A DNA stretch of 64,000 nt from Phycisphaerae bacterium (GTDB lineage Bacteria > Planctomycetota > Phycisphaerae > UBA1845 > Fen-1342), in NCBI GenBank assembly GCA_050115495.1, contig JASFQK010000011.1, positions 1 through 64,000 of the forward strand, in the 5' to 3' direction. Every line of letters begins with the position of its first letter. Position 1 is the first letter of the stretch. Below the pieces are notes generated by a model. It was not told the DNA's origin, ran no database searches, and saw only the letters and a program-made list of their open reading frames with translations. Below, piece after piece: positions 11,134 to 21,591 of this stretch. Made by a program: the position numbers and the translations under genes.

Positions 11134-12245
11134 GTGCGGCGCACCCTGGTGACGACCATTCCCGTGGCGGATTGCCGGCAACGCTGGCTTGGATTGGCGA
11201 TGATGACGGGTTCCTCCGCCTGATCGACCAGACGCTCTTGCCCGGACAGATGACGATGCGGGACTGCCGTACCGTCGAGGATGTGTATGACGCCATCCGC
11301 GTGCTGTGTGTTCGTGGGGCGCCGGCCATCGGCGTGGCGGCGGCCTTCGGCTTGTGCCTGGGCACGCGGGACGCTCGGGAGAACGACGCCGACGCGTTCC
11401 GGACCCGGGTCGCCGAAGCGGGGCGGTACCTGTGCTCGTCCCGCCCGACGGCGGTGAACCTGTCGTGGGCCATCCGCCGGGTCAGCGAGGTCGCTCACAA
11501 GGCTTTGGGCCGGGGGGCACGGGCGGCTTGGTCGGCCATGCTCGACGAGTCCCGCCGAATGGCCCAGGAGGACGCCGACGTCTGCCGCCGCATCGGCGAG
11601 ATCGGCGCCGCCCTGATCCCCGACGGTGGAGGCGTGCTGACGCACTGCAACGCGGGGGCATTGGCGACGGTGGCTTATGGGACCGCCCTGGCCCCGATGT
11701 ACGTGGCTCACGAGCAAGGCCGCCGCTTCCGCATCTTCGCCGACGAGACCCGCCCACTCCTCCAGGGCGCCCGGCTGACCGCCTTCGAGCTCAACGCCGC
11801 CGGCATCGACGTGACGGTTCTGTGCGACAACTCGGCGGCGAGCCTGATGCAGTCCGGTGCGGTACACCTGGTGATTGTGGGGGCGGACCGGATCGCGGCG
11901 AACGGCGATACGGCCAATAAAATCGGTACGTACGGCGTCGCAGTGCTCGCTCGCCATCACAACATTCCGTTCTACGTGGCGGCGCCGCGGAGCACGTTCG
12001 ACCTGACGCTGGCCACCGGGGCTGAGATCCCGATCGAGCAGCGGGGCGAGGAGGAGGTCCGCGGGCTCGCGGGCCGGGAGGTCGTTCCGCCGGGCGTGCG
12101 GTGCCACAATCCGGCGTTCGATGTGACGCCGGCAGGTCTGATAACTGGGATCGTTTGCGAGGGCGGGTTGGCGCAACCGGTTACGGAGGCGAATATCCGT
12201 CAACTCGTAGCCCCGGCCTCTTGCAATCCAGTGCGTCGCGCGTAG
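11130..12245 (+). CDS. mtnA: S-methyl-5-thioribose-1-phosphate isomerase
   Basis: VRGAPAIG, SRPTAVNL, THCNAGALAT, DETRPLLQGARLT, GADRIAANGDTANKIGTY and NPAFDVTP motifs. Confidence 0.96.
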   Translation: MSAAHPGDDHSRGGLPATLAWIGDDDGFLRLIDQTLLPGQMTMRDCRTVEDVYDAIRVLCVRGAPAIGVAAAFGLCLGTRDARENDADAFRTRVAEAGRYLCSSRPTAVNLSWAIRRVSEVAHKALGRGARAAWSAMLDESRRMAQEDADVCRRIGEIGAALIPDGGGVLTHCNAGALATVAYGTALAPMYVAHEQGRRFRIFADETRPLLQGARLTAFELNAAGIDVTVLCDNSAASLMQSGAVHLVIVGADRIAANGDTANKIGTYGVAVLARHHNIPFYVAAPRSTFDLTLATGAEIPIEQRGEEEVRGLAGREVVPPGVRCHNPAFDVTPAGLITGIVCEGGLAQPVTEANIRQLVAPASCNPVRRA

Positions 12246-12411
12246 CATTTATCCCATACTTCGCGGCGTGTCGGACGTACAAGGATCTGGCGCGGTTGTG
12301 CGTACGTCCGCGACCCGTGTCTGAACCAATGGTTCCAGGCTGCCGGTACGGGCCCCGGTCGTGATTCGTAGCCGGCCGGTCGCTGGCGCCCATTGGTGTA
12401 GGAGATGTAGG

Positions 12412-12552
12412 ATGAAACGGAGATTCTCCCTGAAGGGGGCGTTGCTGGCCCTGAGCGTTGGCACGATGCTGGCGTTCTGGGGCGGATGTCTCAATACGAC
12501 GGTGCAACGAGTGGTGGTGGCCGCCGCGGCGGACTGGCTCACCAGCCTGTAG
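12412..12552 (+). CDS. Micro-lipoprotein candidate A (46 aa)
   Basis: AGGAGA RBS; MKRRFSLKGALLALSVGTMLAFWGG|CLNTTVQRVVVAAAADWLTSL. Confidence 0.7.
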   Translation: MKRRFSLKGALLALSVGTMLAFWGGCLNTTVQRVVVAAAADWLTSL

Positions 12553-12589
12553 ACCGCCTTGATCCGCGATTAGGAACGGGAGAACGCGT

Positions 12590-12721
12590 ATGACGTCCAG
12601 GATGAAGGCCGTCCTGCTGGTTCTGAGCACGGGCGCGGTTGCCTTCGGCACCGGCGCCTGCTTCTTCCGCTGGCTCGGAGACGCGGTCGGCGACGCGATC
12701 ATCTATGGCGCCCTGGGCTAA
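12590..12721 (+). CDS. Micro-lipoprotein candidate B (43 aa; absent from the ORF track)
   Basis: GGGAGA RBS; MTSRMKAVLLVLSTGAVAFGTGA|CFFRWLGDAVGDAIIYGALG; high GC3. Confidence 0.72.
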   Translation: MTSRMKAVLLVLSTGAVAFGTGACFFRWLGDAVGDAIIYGALG

Positions 12722-12794
12722 TCACGGCCGTCACCGGCCGGAGGACCAGCGTGCCTGCGGAGTTGGGCCGCGCGTGCGGCCACAGGAGTTCGCG

Positions 12795-12962
12795 ATGATG
12801 AAACGTAAATGGTATGCCTTGGGGGCGCTGGCCATCAGCGGCAGCTTCCTCCTCCAGAACGGCTGCCTCAGTGCGTTCTGGCGGGGCCTGCGCGACGGCC
12901 CCACTGACAACCAGTGGCTGAACCTGGCCAACGACGTGGTTAACTACGTTCTGTTCACCTAG
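12795..12962 (+). CDS. Micro-lipoprotein candidate C (55 aa)
   Basis: AGGAG RBS; MMKRKWYALGALAISGSFLLQNG|CLSAFWRGLRDGPTDNQWLNLANDVVNYVLFT. Confidence 0.75.
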   Translation: MMKRKWYALGALAISGSFLLQNGCLSAFWRGLRDGPTDNQWLNLANDVVNYVLFT

Positions 12963-13052
12963 TATCGCCCCGGCAAACGTGGGCGATGCGCCGGCCCGAT
13001 CCGGCGGTGGGGAAGGGGGGCGGCCCGTTTCCGTCTCCGGTCTCCCCCGAGG

Positions 13053-13081
13053 TTGAATACCACCTGGGTTGTCCCTATACT
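13053..13081 (+). promoter_or_regulatory. Putative sigma70 promoter for ORFs D/E
   Basis: TTGAAT-17-TATACT. Confidence 0.55.
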
Positions 13082-13127
13082 GCGGCGTCGTGATATTACG
13101 GTCCCTGGTTGGACGGGAGCAGGCCTT

Positions 13128-13346
13128 ATGATGCTATCGAAACGGGTCAGGATGCTGGCCCTGCTGGCCGCGCTGAGCATTGGCACCGCCTTTAGCGTGG
13201 GCACGAACGGTTGCGCCGAGTTCTACACGACGATGACCGTCGGCTCATTCGACTTCTGTTCCGTCTTCAACTGCGAAGGCGGCAGTTACTTCAATTTCTG
13301 CAGCCCCATCCGGCTCTTCGCGGACTGCCCGCAGACCGGGGAGTAA
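13128..13346 (+). CDS. Cys-rich micro-lipoprotein candidate D (72 aa)
   Basis: GGGAG RBS; MMLSKRVRMLALLAALSIGTAFSVGTNG|C followed by a 44-aa mature part with 4 more Cys. Confidence 0.75.
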   Translation: MMLSKRVRMLALLAALSIGTAFSVGTNGCAEFYTTMTVGSFDFCSVFNCEGGSYFNFCSPIRLFADCPQTGE

Positions 13347-13376
13347 GGCGATACCTGGCGCAAGGTGGTCAAGATT

Positions 13377-13646
13377 ATGAATCGTAACAGGCTTCTCCGT
13401 CTGACCGTCGGTTTGATGGTAGGCGCGATGCTCTCCGGGTTTGGGGGCTGCTCGTTCGAGGACGTCGCCGGGTTCGTCAAGGACTACAACCCCTGCGGCA
13501 CGATCCTCGACTGCGACCCTGTCGCCTACGAGTTCTACACCTCGGGCTACCGGGGCCCGGGTGTCGACGTCGGCATCGATCCGGCTTGCACGTACCCGCC
13601 GTACTGCAACGTAACGACCCCCGGTTCGGATCCGTTTTCTCCGTAA
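13377..13646 (+). CDS. Cys/Pro-rich micro-lipoprotein candidate E (89 aa)
   Basis: MNRNRLLRLTVGLMVGAMLSGFGG|C followed by a 65-aa mature part with NPCGTILDCDP and DPACTYPPYC. Confidence 0.75.
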   Translation: MNRNRLLRLTVGLMVGAMLSGFGGCSFEDVAGFVKDYNPCGTILDCDPVAYEFYTSGYRGPGVDVGIDPACTYPPYCNVTTPGSDPFSP

Positions 13647-13790
13647 CCGCGGCGGCCGTGCACGCCCCGGGGGAATGGGGCCGACGTGCCGGCGACGCGC
13701 TGCCTGCCGCTGTGGTGGTGGGGCGCCTCGCCCGCATAGGTCGGCCCCATTTTGCGTGATGTGCGTCCCGGCCATCGGTACCATGCCGGC

Positions 13791-16700
13791 ATGTCGGGCG
13801 CTCGCCTTCCCTCATGTCGCTCACGCCGACGCGCGGATGACCGCCGTCGTCGGAGGCTGATGCTCGTATTGGCCGGGGGGCTGCTGGTCGGCTGCGCAGC
13901 CGCCAGCGCGCAGCAAGCCGCCGACGAGCCCGGCCTCACCGCGACGCTACCCACGAACAACGAGGCCCTGCTCGTCGCCGGACAGGTCAGCGATGCTATC
14001 GAGAACGGCGACTACCGCCTCGCCATCGCTCTTCTGCAACGGCTGCTCGAACACGCTCCGGAACTGGTCGTCGTGCCGCCCGGACGCACGTGCTATCCGG
14101 TATGGCGGCTGCGGGCGCGGCTCATGGATCAACTGCCGCCCGAGGCGCTGGCCATGTACCGCCAGCTCTACGATGCGGAAATTGCCGGCCGGCTCGATGA
14201 GGCCGTTCGTCGCGGCGATCGCGACGCACTGCGCGAGCTGTTCCGCATCTACCGCGGCAGCACGCTCTGGCCGCAGATCGGCGGCGAGCTCGTGGCCACG
14301 CTCCTGGACGACGGGCGCTTCGCCGAGACCGATTTCGTCATCCGCACGCTATCCGAGGCCGGGGTGGAGCTCGGTCCCGAACGCCGGGCGCAGTGGGCTG
14401 TCGCGCTGGCTCGGCTGGATCGTCCGGCTGCGGCGCAGGCCCTGCTGGCCGAAGCCCCCGAAGCCCCGGGCACGCACGCCGCGGATGAGCTGTGGCCGGC
14501 GGTGCGCGCGTATGTCGATTCGCTGTCGGCTGCGCCGCCGAACGCGGCTGATTTCGCGCCGGCCTGGGCGGCGGGGGCGGTGTGGGGCAGCGTGCTTACG
14601 CCCGCCGGTCCCGGCGAGCTGTTCGAAGACGATGAGGCCGTCGCCGACGCGGTTGAGACGGCGTTCGGCACGCGCGTCGTTCCGCGTCATCAACCGGTGC
14701 TTGATGGCCAGACGCTCGTCGTGCGTCTGCGTGGCACGGTGTGGGCGTACGATGCGCTGACGTTGACGCCGCGCTGGCGCGTGCGCGAGTTCGTGCCGAC
14801 CACGTGGGGAGCGAGCGACGTCGCCTGGCCGCCGTCGGTCGTCGCCAACCCGCTCGACGCCGAGGAGGCGAGCCGTCCGGTCAGCGCCGACGCCCTCGTT
14901 CTGTTAACCAACAGCCTGCGTCATGAGATCTCCACGGGTTTCGGGCAGGTTTTCACGGTCGAGTCGCTGCCGCTCGCCGGCGGCGAGACCGGCGAATGGA
15001 GCGCGCAGCGGGCGGGATTGCTCGACAGCCTGCCCCTGGCCAACGAGCTCGTCGCTCGCGAGTTGCTCACCGGCGACCTGTGCTGGCGCACCGGCGGCGA
15101 CCCGGACGCGCCGCTGGCCGGTGTGGCTTTCCAATGCGCGCCGCTGGCCCTCGATGACCGGCTGTACGTTCCGTTTCAGCGCGGCAGCGATCTCGTGCTC
15201 GGGGTGCTCGAGCCCGTCGCCGGTCAGGTGCTCGCCGAAATCCCGGTCGTCGGTCCGCCGACGCATTTCGGTGTGCGCGGCGGGCGTTGTCTCCTCACCG
15301 CCGACGAGACCAGTATCTACGTGTGCACGGGGAACGGCGTGGTGGCCGCGTTCGACCGCCGCGATCTGGGCTGGCAGTGGGCAGCGACGTATCCGAGCAC
15401 GCTCGCCTCGTGGCGCCCCGCCGACTGGTGGTCACCGCGGCAGACGCCCGGCGACCACGCGGCGCAACCGCCGGTGCTCGTGGACGACCTGCTCGTGCTG
15501 GCTCCGGCCGATTGCCCGTACATCTTCGCCCTCGATCGGTTGGATGGCCGGCAACGTTGGCGCCGCGAGCGCGGTCGACACGATCTGCTGCTCGGTGCGC
15601 TGCACGCCGGTACCGACACCGCCGGCCTTATCGTCGCCAGCGATACGCTCACGTGTCTGGATGCGGCCGACGGTGCTGCTGTGCGGTGGCGTTCGGTGCC
15701 ACTGGCGCTTACCGGCCGGCCCGCAGTACGCGACGTTCGCGGCGAGACGCCCTGTCTGTTCGCGCCGACGGCGCACGGAGTCGTTGTGCTCGACGGCCGC
15801 AACGGCAAGGTGCTCGGCGGTTCGCCCGAGGTCGAGACGCAGTACGCCGTGGGCCAGACCGAGCCTTCCGACGTAGTCCGCCCGGCACCGACGGCCAACC
15901 TGTTGTGCTCGTCTGCCGCAGTGTTCGCCGTGTCGCCGAGCGGCATCGCCAAGTATGCAGACATCGACCGCACGCGGGCGGCGGCGGAGGCGCTGCTGGC
16001 CACCGCCCCGGTCGGCAGCGACGCGGATCGCGCCCGTCTCACGCTCGCCTGGACCGAACGTCTGGCCGGCGGCTACGAGCAGGCCCTCGCCGCCCTGGAA
16101 GCGCTCAACCCCGCCGAGCAGTCGCTGGCGGTCGCACGCGACCATCTACTCACCGACGTTCTCGTGGCCATCGCGGCGCACTCCGCCGGCGGCGACGAAC
16201 GCCTGCGGTGGCTCCGCCGAGCGGCACAGCCGGAAGCGGGCGATGCGGCGAACTCGGTGCGTTTGGCGCTGATGATCGGGCGTGCGCTTGAAGAGAAGGG
16301 GGCCTGGATCGAGGCCGCCGGTCACTATGCCGAACTGCTGCGCCTGGCGGATGCGGAGCCGCTGGCCGTTGCCGGCGAACCTCGTCGCGAAGCCGCCGGC
16401 TGGCTCCAGGCGGTCGCCCGGCTGCGTGAGCTGCGTTCGCGGCTCACCGCGGAGCAGACTGCCGCACTCATCGACGGCTGGGCCGAACGCGAGTCCATTG
16501 AGTTTCTTCAGCGGTTGCGGCTCGTCTTCGGTACGCCGGATCCGGCGGCGGATGAACCCGGGCATGGCCGCCTGCTGGAGCCATCGCCGGCGGCCGCTAC
16601 GTTGGATCGGGCGATCGCGCTGCGGGGCAGTTCGGCCGTCGCTGCCGAGATTCTGATCAGCTACCTCGCCGATGCGGACAATCCCGAGCTCAGCGACGAG

Positions 16701-18314
16701 GAACGCCGCGAGCTGCACCTGTGCCGTTGGGAAACGCACGTTGCGCTCGGCCTGGCGGAGCAGGCTCGCGCCGACCAGCGCACGTGGTACGAGGATTGGG
16801 GATCGCTGATGCCGCGTCCGGCGAACGAAGGCGATGAAGCGACCGACGAACTCGCCCAGCGTGTGCGGCGTATCGAGCGCGCGCAGACGCAGCTTGACGA
16901 GGAAGTCGCGGCGCCGCTCGACGCGGGCTCGTCGGAGGATGTCGCGTCGATCGGGCGCTATCGCTGGCGTCTGCCCGGTTGCGAATTGCTCATCGATCAG
17001 CGCCACCCGGCGCGCTTGCGGTGTGGCTGGTTGCCTGTCCGCAACCTCGAACAGCCGGTCATCGCCGTGCACAGCGCCGCCCGCGGCCGCCAGTGGCACC
17101 ACACGGTCGACGCCCTTCAGTCCGGACCCGGGGCTCGCGCCGCCCTCACTGACGCCGCCGAGGCCGTCCTCTTCGGCGACGATCACAGTCAGTCCGGCGA
17201 GGCGGCGATGCATCGCCACGTCTGGCCCGCGGCGATCTACGGCCACCTGGCGGCGATTCCGGCCCGCCTCGGCCGCGCTCTCATCTGCATTGGACTCGGG
17301 CCCGAACGCAGCGGCGGGCAACGCCTGTGGGAGTGCCCGCTGCCGGAATGGCTGGACGTGCCGCGCGACCTCGCTCGCACGGCCGTCGCCGGCCCGCTCG
17401 GCGTGCACCTCGTCCGCCGGGGCGATCGCGTCGCGCTCGTCGGCTGGCTCGACGGGCACATCTGGTGGCAGCGCGACCTGCCCGGCATGAACATCGACGC
17501 CATCTACCTCGCCGGCTCGCGGCTCGTCGTCGCTGGCCGGAACGACACGGTGATCTCGGTCGACGCGATGCAGGGTGACGACCTGCGCCTGCTGCCGGCC
17601 GGTTGGGGCACGCCCCGCGCGGTGGCCGTCGCCGGCGACGTCGTCATCGTGTGGGGCGACGAGCGCATGGCGGGGTTCGACCCGGCCACGTTCGAGTGTT
17701 TGTGGACGCGGCCCTCCTGGAATGTCGGAAGCTGGAGCGCCGTCGAAGGCGCCCCGTGGCTCGCCTGCCGTGAACGGGGGAGCGAACGCTGGTTGCTGTT
17801 GAACGTGCGCAGCGGCCAACCGGTGTTCGAGGCCGGCCTCGGCAACCTGGGCCGCGATGCTATTCTCGCTCTGGATCGCGGTCAGCTCTTCGCCGCCGGC
17901 GTTGCCGACCAGTCGCTCGACGCGCCGCCGGAGGCCGAGCCCGCTGAGCCCGTGGGGTACGTTCGGCTGGCGGCGTTCGATCCGGCGGACGGACGCTGCC
18001 GCTGGCGAAGCGAATTGCCGACTGCGGCTCCCGTAAACGTCACGCAACTGCTCGCCCATCCCGACGTGATCCCGCTGCTCGAAGCCGGCGGCGTCTACGA
18101 GTACTGGAGCGGCGTGAACTACCGCAGCCTGGCCCTGCGGCTGCTGGACAAGCGCAGCGGTACAATGGGACCCGCGGTCGCGGTGAGCGAGCACTTCACC
18201 GATGGTGACGGCACGTGCGGCGCGTACCTGCTCGCCATCCCGGGCCGCATTATCGTGCAGGCCAACGGAACGCTGGCTGCTTACGGCGTTCCCGCCGCGA
18301 GGACCGAGCCGTGA
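13791..18314 (+). CDS. Large exported protein with PQQ/BamB-like beta-propeller repeats and TPR-like helical segments
   Basis: Signal-like N-terminus; repeated xDxxxG...W blades (ALDRLDGRQRW, CLDAADGAAVRW, AFDPADGRCRW); alternating helical regions. Start uncertain (13791 or 13860). Confidence 0.8.
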   Translation: MSGARLPSCRSRRRADDRRRRRLMLVLAGGLLVGCAAASAQQAADEPGLTATLPTNNEALLVAGQVSDAIENGDYRLAIALLQRLLEHAPELVVVPPGRTCYPVWRLRARLMDQLPPEALAMYRQLYDAEIAGRLDEAVRRGDRDALRELFRIYRGSTLWPQIGGELVATLLDDGRFAETDFVIRTLSEAGVELGPERRAQWAVALARLDRPAAAQALLAEAPEAPGTHAADELWPAVRAYVDSLSAAPPNAADFAPAWAAGAVWGSVLTPAGPGELFEDDEAVADAVETAFGTRVVPRHQPVLDGQTLVVRLRGTVWAYDALTLTPRWRVREFVPTTWGASDVAWPPSVVANPLDAEEASRPVSADALVLLTNSLRHEISTGFGQVFTVESLPLAGGETGEWSAQRAGLLDSLPLANELVARELLTGDLCWRTGGDPDAPLAGVAFQCAPLALDDRLYVPFQRGSDLVLGVLEPVAGQVLAEIPVVGPPTHFGVRGGRCLLTADETSIYVCTGNGVVAAFDRRDLGWQWAATYPSTLASWRPADWWSPRQTPGDHAAQPPVLVDDLLVLAPADCPYIFALDRLDGRQRWRRERGRHDLLLGALHAGTDTAGLIVASDTLTCLDAADGAAVRWRSVPLALTGRPAVRDVRGETPCLFAPTAHGVVVLDGRNGKVLGGSPEVETQYAVGQTEPSDVVRPAPTANLLCSSAAVFAVSPSGIAKYADIDRTRAAAEALLATAPVGSDADRARLTLAWTERLAGGYEQALAALEALNPAEQSLAVARDHLLTDVLVAIAAHSAGGDERLRWLRRAAQPEAGDAANSVRLALMIGRALEEKGAWIEAAGHYAELLRLADAEPLAVAGEPRREAAGWLQAVARLRELRSRLTAEQTAALIDGWAERESIEFLQRLRLVFGTPDPAADEPGHGRLLEPSPAAATLDRAIALRGSSAVAAEILISYLADADNPELSDEERRELHLCRWETHVALGLAEQARADQRTWYEDWGSLMPRPANEGDEATDELAQRVRRIERAQTQLDEEVAAPLDAGSSEDVASIGRYRWRLPGCELLIDQRHPARLRCGWLPVRNLEQPVIAVHSAARGRQWHHTVDALQSGPGARAALTDAAEAVLFGDDHSQSGEAAMHRHVWPAAIYGHLAAIPARLGRALICIGLGPERSGGQRLWECPLPEWLDVPRDLARTAVAGPLGVHLVRRGDRVALVGWLDGHIWWQRDLPGMNIDAIYLAGSRLVVAGRNDTVISVDAMQGDDLRLLPAGWGTPRAVAVAGDVVIVWGDERMAGFDPATFECLWTRPSWNVGSWSAVEGAPWLACRERGSERWLLLNVRSGQPVFEAGLGNLGRDAILALDRGQLFAAGVADQSLDAPPEAEPAEPVGYVRLAAFDPADGRCRWRSELPTAAPVNVTQLLAHPDVIPLLEAGGVYEYWSGVNYRSLALRLLDKRSGTMGPAVAVSEHFTDGDGTCGAYLLAIPGRIIVQANGTLAAYGVPAARTEP

Positions 18315-19405
18315 CGGCTGTCCGCTCGCTGACGCTGGTGCTCGTCGTGCTGGTGGCGGGGCTGCTGCCGGCGGCGCGGAGCCAGGATGTGGAGCCGCCG
18401 ACACCGGTCGCGGCTACGCCCGCGCTCGCTCCACCGGAGATCACGCCGCGCATCCGTGAGTCCATCGACCGCGGCCTCGCTTACCTCGCCGCGCAGCAGA
18501 ACCGCGACGGAAGCTGGCGCAGCGACGGGGCCACCGGTTCGTACCCGACGGCCATGACCGCTCTGGCTGGCCTGGCCCTGCTCGCCGGCGGCAACACGCC
18601 GACCGAGGGTGCCCAGGCGCCGCACGTCAGCCGGGCTTTGACGTACCTGCTGGCCAGCGCCCGCCGCGACGGCCTGATCGCCCAGCTCGAAGAGGAAGCA
18701 CACTGCATGCACGGCCACGGCTACGCCATGCTCTTCCTCGCCCAGTGCTATGGCATGGAGGAGGATCCGCGGCGGCGGGCGCAGGTGCGCGTCGTATTGC
18801 AGCGGGCGGTGGCGCTCACCGCACGCAGTCAGAGTGCCGCCGGCGGCTGGCTGTACACGCCCGATGCGGGTGGCGACGAGGGTTCGGTCACAGTGACGCA
18901 GGTACAGGCGCTGCGCGCCTGCCGCAACGTCGGCATCGCGGTGCCGAAGCGGGTCATCGACCAGGCGATGGCCTACCTCGAACGCTCGACGAACGACGAC
19001 GGCGGCATTCGTTACCAGGTCAGCGATCGCGGGCCGAGCCGGCCGGCGATCACGGCGGCGGCGGTTGCCTGCTGGTACAACGCCGGCCTGTATGAGGACC
19101 CGCACGTGCAGCAGGCCCTCACGTTTCTGCGGCCGCGCCTCACGCCGCGCCGCAGCGACGTGACCAACAGCTTCGGTCACTATTTCTACGGGCATCTGTA
19201 CATGGCGCAGGTCATGTACATCGGCGGCACGACCACGCCGGACGATTGGCGGACGTACTACACGGACATCGCCGACGTCATGCTCGAAAGCCAGTCCGCC
19301 GACGGTTCGTGGGAGGGCGACATGGTCGGCCCGGTTTACGGCACGTCGGTGGCGTTGATTATCTTGCAGTTGCCGTATAAGAATCTGCCGATCATGCAGC
19401 GGTGA
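18311..19405 (+). CDS. Exported prenyltransferase/squalene-cyclase-repeat (alpha6-alpha6 barrel) protein
   Basis: GTGA overlap with the upstream gene; signal peptide; QW-like repeats [16 protein letters not shown] and SQSADGSW; no DXDD motif seen. Confidence 0.85.
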   Translation: MTAVRSLTLVLVVLVAGLLPAARSQDVEPPTPVAATPALAPPEITPRIRESIDRGLAYLAAQQNRDGSWRSDGATGSYPTAMTALAGLALLAGGNTPTEGAQAPHVSRALTYLLASARRDGLIAQLEEEAHCMHGHGYAMLFLAQCYGMEEDPRRRAQVRVVLQRAVALTARSQSAAGGWLYTPDAGGDEGSVTVTQVQALRACRNVGIAVPKRVIDQAMAYLERSTNDDGGIRYQVSDRGPSRPAITAAAVACWYNAGLYEDPHVQQALTFLRPRLTPRRSDVTNSFGHYFYGHLYMAQVMYIGGTTTPDDWRTYYTDIADVMLESQSADGSWEGDMVGPVYGTSVALIILQLPYKNLPIMQR

Positions 19406-19428
19406 GTGCCGGTCCAGCGAGGAGTGCC

Positions 19429-20598
19429 ATGGACAGTCCACGCGACGAATCCGAACAGGCCCCAATGCCGCCGGCGCCCGAGGCTGGCGATGATGTGCAG
19501 GCGACCGAGCGGCTGCGAACGGCCTATGCCGCGGTTCGGCAGGAGCTGGCCCGCGTCATCGTCGGCCAGGAGGAGGTGCTCGAGCAGCTTCTCATCGCCT
19601 TGTTCGCCCGCGGGCACGTGATTCTCGAAGGCGTGCCCGGCTTGGCGAAGACGCTGATGATCAGCTCGCTGGCCCGCTGCCTCGACCTCGGCTTTCACCG
19701 CATCCAGTTCACGCCCGATCTCATGCCTTCGGACATCACCGGCACGGAGGTGATCCAGGAGGACCGCCGAACCGGACAGCGTTCGTTCCGTTTTCTGCCG
19801 GGGCCAGTGTTCACGAACGTGCTGCTCGCCGACGAGATCAACCGTACGCCGCCGAAGACGCAGGCAGCGCTGCTCGAAGCCATGCAGGAGCGGCAGGTGA
19901 GTGCGGGCGGTGTGCGGCACGCGCTCGATCCGCCATTCTTCGTGCTAGCCACGCAGAACCCGATCGAGCAGGAGGGTACGTACCCGCTGCCCGAGGCGCA
20001 GCAGGATCGCTTCATGTTCAAGGTCCTGGTGGAATACCCGGGTTACGAGGACGAGTATCTGATCGCCGAGCGGGCGGCGGCGGCCGAACCGCCGGAGTTG
20101 CGGGCTGTTCTGACGCGGCCGGAAATCCTGCACTTGCAGGATGTCGTTCGCCGGGTGCCGGTTGCCCCGAGTGTCATTCACTACGCGTTGACGATCGTCC
20201 GTCGGACGCGGCCCAGTGCCGCCGCTGGCCGAAATGGTGAGCAGTCCGGCGGTGATGGTGGCGACGGCGGTGATGGCGGCAAGGATTTCGAGCGTTCCTC
20301 GGCTACGCCGCTGATCGATCGCCTGGTGACGTTCGGCGCCGGCCCGCGGGCGGTGCAGTTTCTGTTGTTGGGGGCGAAGGCGCGGGCGGTGCTGCACGGG
20401 CGGAATCACGTGGCGGTCGAGGACGTGCGGGCCCTGGCGCCGCCGGTGTTGCGGCATCGGCTCATCACGAACTACGCCGCCGACGCGGAGGGCTACGACA
20501 CCGATCGCATCATCGGGCACGTGCTGGCCTCGCTGCCCGCCGACGGGCTCGACGCCGCCGGCCAATCGGCCCTTCGCCGCGTGTTGCAGCAGGGCTGA
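19429..20598 (+). CDS. moxR: MoxR-family AAA+ ATPase
   Basis: GVPGLAKT Walker [60 protein letters not shown]. Confidence 0.96.
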   Translation: MDSPRDESEQAPMPPAPEAGDDVQATERLRTAYAAVRQELARVIVGQEEVLEQLLIALFARGHVILEGVPGLAKTLMISSLARCLDLGFHRIQFTPDLMPSDITGTEVIQEDRRTGQRSFRFLPGPVFTNVLLADEINRTPPKTQAALLEAMQERQVSAGGVRHALDPPFFVLATQNPIEQEGTYPLPEAQQDRFMFKVLVEYPGYEDEYLIAERAAAAEPPELRAVLTRPEILHLQDVVRRVPVAPSVIHYALTIVRRTRPSAAAGRNGEQSGGDGGDGGDGGKDFERSSATPLIDRLVTFGAGPRAVQFLLLGAKARAVLHGRNHVAVEDVRALAPPVLRHRLITNYAADAEGYDTDRIIGHVLASLPADGLDAAGQSALRRVLQQG

Positions 20599-20658
20599 GC
20601 CGGGGGCCGGCCGGACCGGCACTCGGCGTAACCGCGTCGCCGTCGCAGGCGGTAGGGC

Positions 20659-21591
20659 ATGGAATACCTGAAACCCGAGGTGATCGCCGGCTTGCGGGGG
20701 CTCGACCTGCGGGCTCGCACGGTCGTTTCGGGCGTGTTGTCCGGGATGCACCGCAGCGTCTGGCGCGGGCAGAGCGTCGAGTTCGCCCAGCATCGCCCGT
20801 ACGTCGCTGGCGACGACATCCGCCACGTCGATTGGCGCCTGTTCGGCCGCAAGGACCGCTTCTTCATCAAGCAGTACGAGGAGGAGACGAACCTCCGCTG
20901 TCACATCGTGCTCGACGTCAGCCGCTCGATGGCGTACGGCAGCGGCCCGCTGAGCAAGTTCGAGTATGGTGCGTGTCTCGCTGCGGCGCTCGCGTACCTG
21001 CTGGTCCGGCAGAATGACGCCGTCGGCATGATCACGTTTGACCACGCCGTGCGGCGGAAGCTGCCCGATGCGACCGGGCGGGCGCAGCTTGCGAATGTCG
21101 TGGCGCTGTTGGAAGACAGCCAGCCGGATGAGGAGACGGACGTCGGGGCGGTGTTTCACCAGATCGCCGAGGAGTTGCGCCGGCGGTCGCTGGTCGTGCT
21201 GATCTCTGATTTGCTGGCTTCGTCGGCGGATGTCGCCTCCGGCCTTGAACACATCTGCCTGTCGGGCCATGAACTCGTTGTGCTGCACGTGCTGGACGAG
21301 CATGAGTGGACGTTTCCGTTTGTCGAGAACACGCAGTTCGAGGGGCTCGAAGAGGGGGTGCGGTTGCTGGCTGATCCGCAGGCATTGCGGGCCAGCTATC
21401 TCGCGGCGCTGCGGCGATTCTCGGCTCATGTGCGCGGCATCTGTTTGAAGCATCGGGCCGACTATGTGCCGGTCAGCACGGGCGATCCGCTTGACGCCGT
21501 TCTCAGCGGCTACCTTAGCCGGCGACGCGGGACCGCGCCACGTTGGGCTACGCCGGCGGGCTCGCCTCGTGGCGGGGAGGACGGCGGATGA
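20659..21591 (+). CDS. DUF58 (vWA-like) protein
   Basis: GMHRS..RGQSVEFAQHRPYVAGDDIRHVDW, KQYEEETN, LDVSRSM and ISDL motifs. Confidence 0.93.
   Translation: MEYLKPEVIAGLRGLDLRARTVVSGVLSGMHRSVWRGQSVEFAQHRPYVAGDDIRHVDWRLFGRKDRFFIKQYEEETNLRCHIVLDVSRSMAYGSGPLSKFEYGACLAAALAYLLVRQNDAVGMITFDHAVRRKLPDATGRAQLANVVALLEDSQPDEETDVGAVFHQIAEELRRRSLVVLISDLLASSADVASGLEHICLSGHELVVLHVLDEHEWTFPFVENTQFEGLEEGVRLLADPQALRASYLAALRRFSAHVRGICLKHRADYVPVSTGDPLDAVLSGYLSRRRGTAPRWATPAGSPRGGEDGG

Noticed and set aside
12412..13646. Double-glycine bacteriocin/RiPP precursors (GG|C, GA|C)
   Set aside because: The leaders are basic-then-hydrophobic Sec-type rather than acidic ELSxxEL-type, and no peptidase-ABC transporter or modifying enzyme is nearby. 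The lipoprotein reading fits better, though a RiPP role is not fully excluded.
18311..19405. Squalene-hopene cyclase / terpene biosynthetic gene cluster
   Set aside because: Single exported barrel of ~360 aa, no DXDD motif, and no isoprenoid pathway genes nearby.
20248..20280. GGD tripeptide repeat in MoxR
   Set aside because: Short in-frame low-complexity loop insert with degenerate DNA repeats; no evidence of function.
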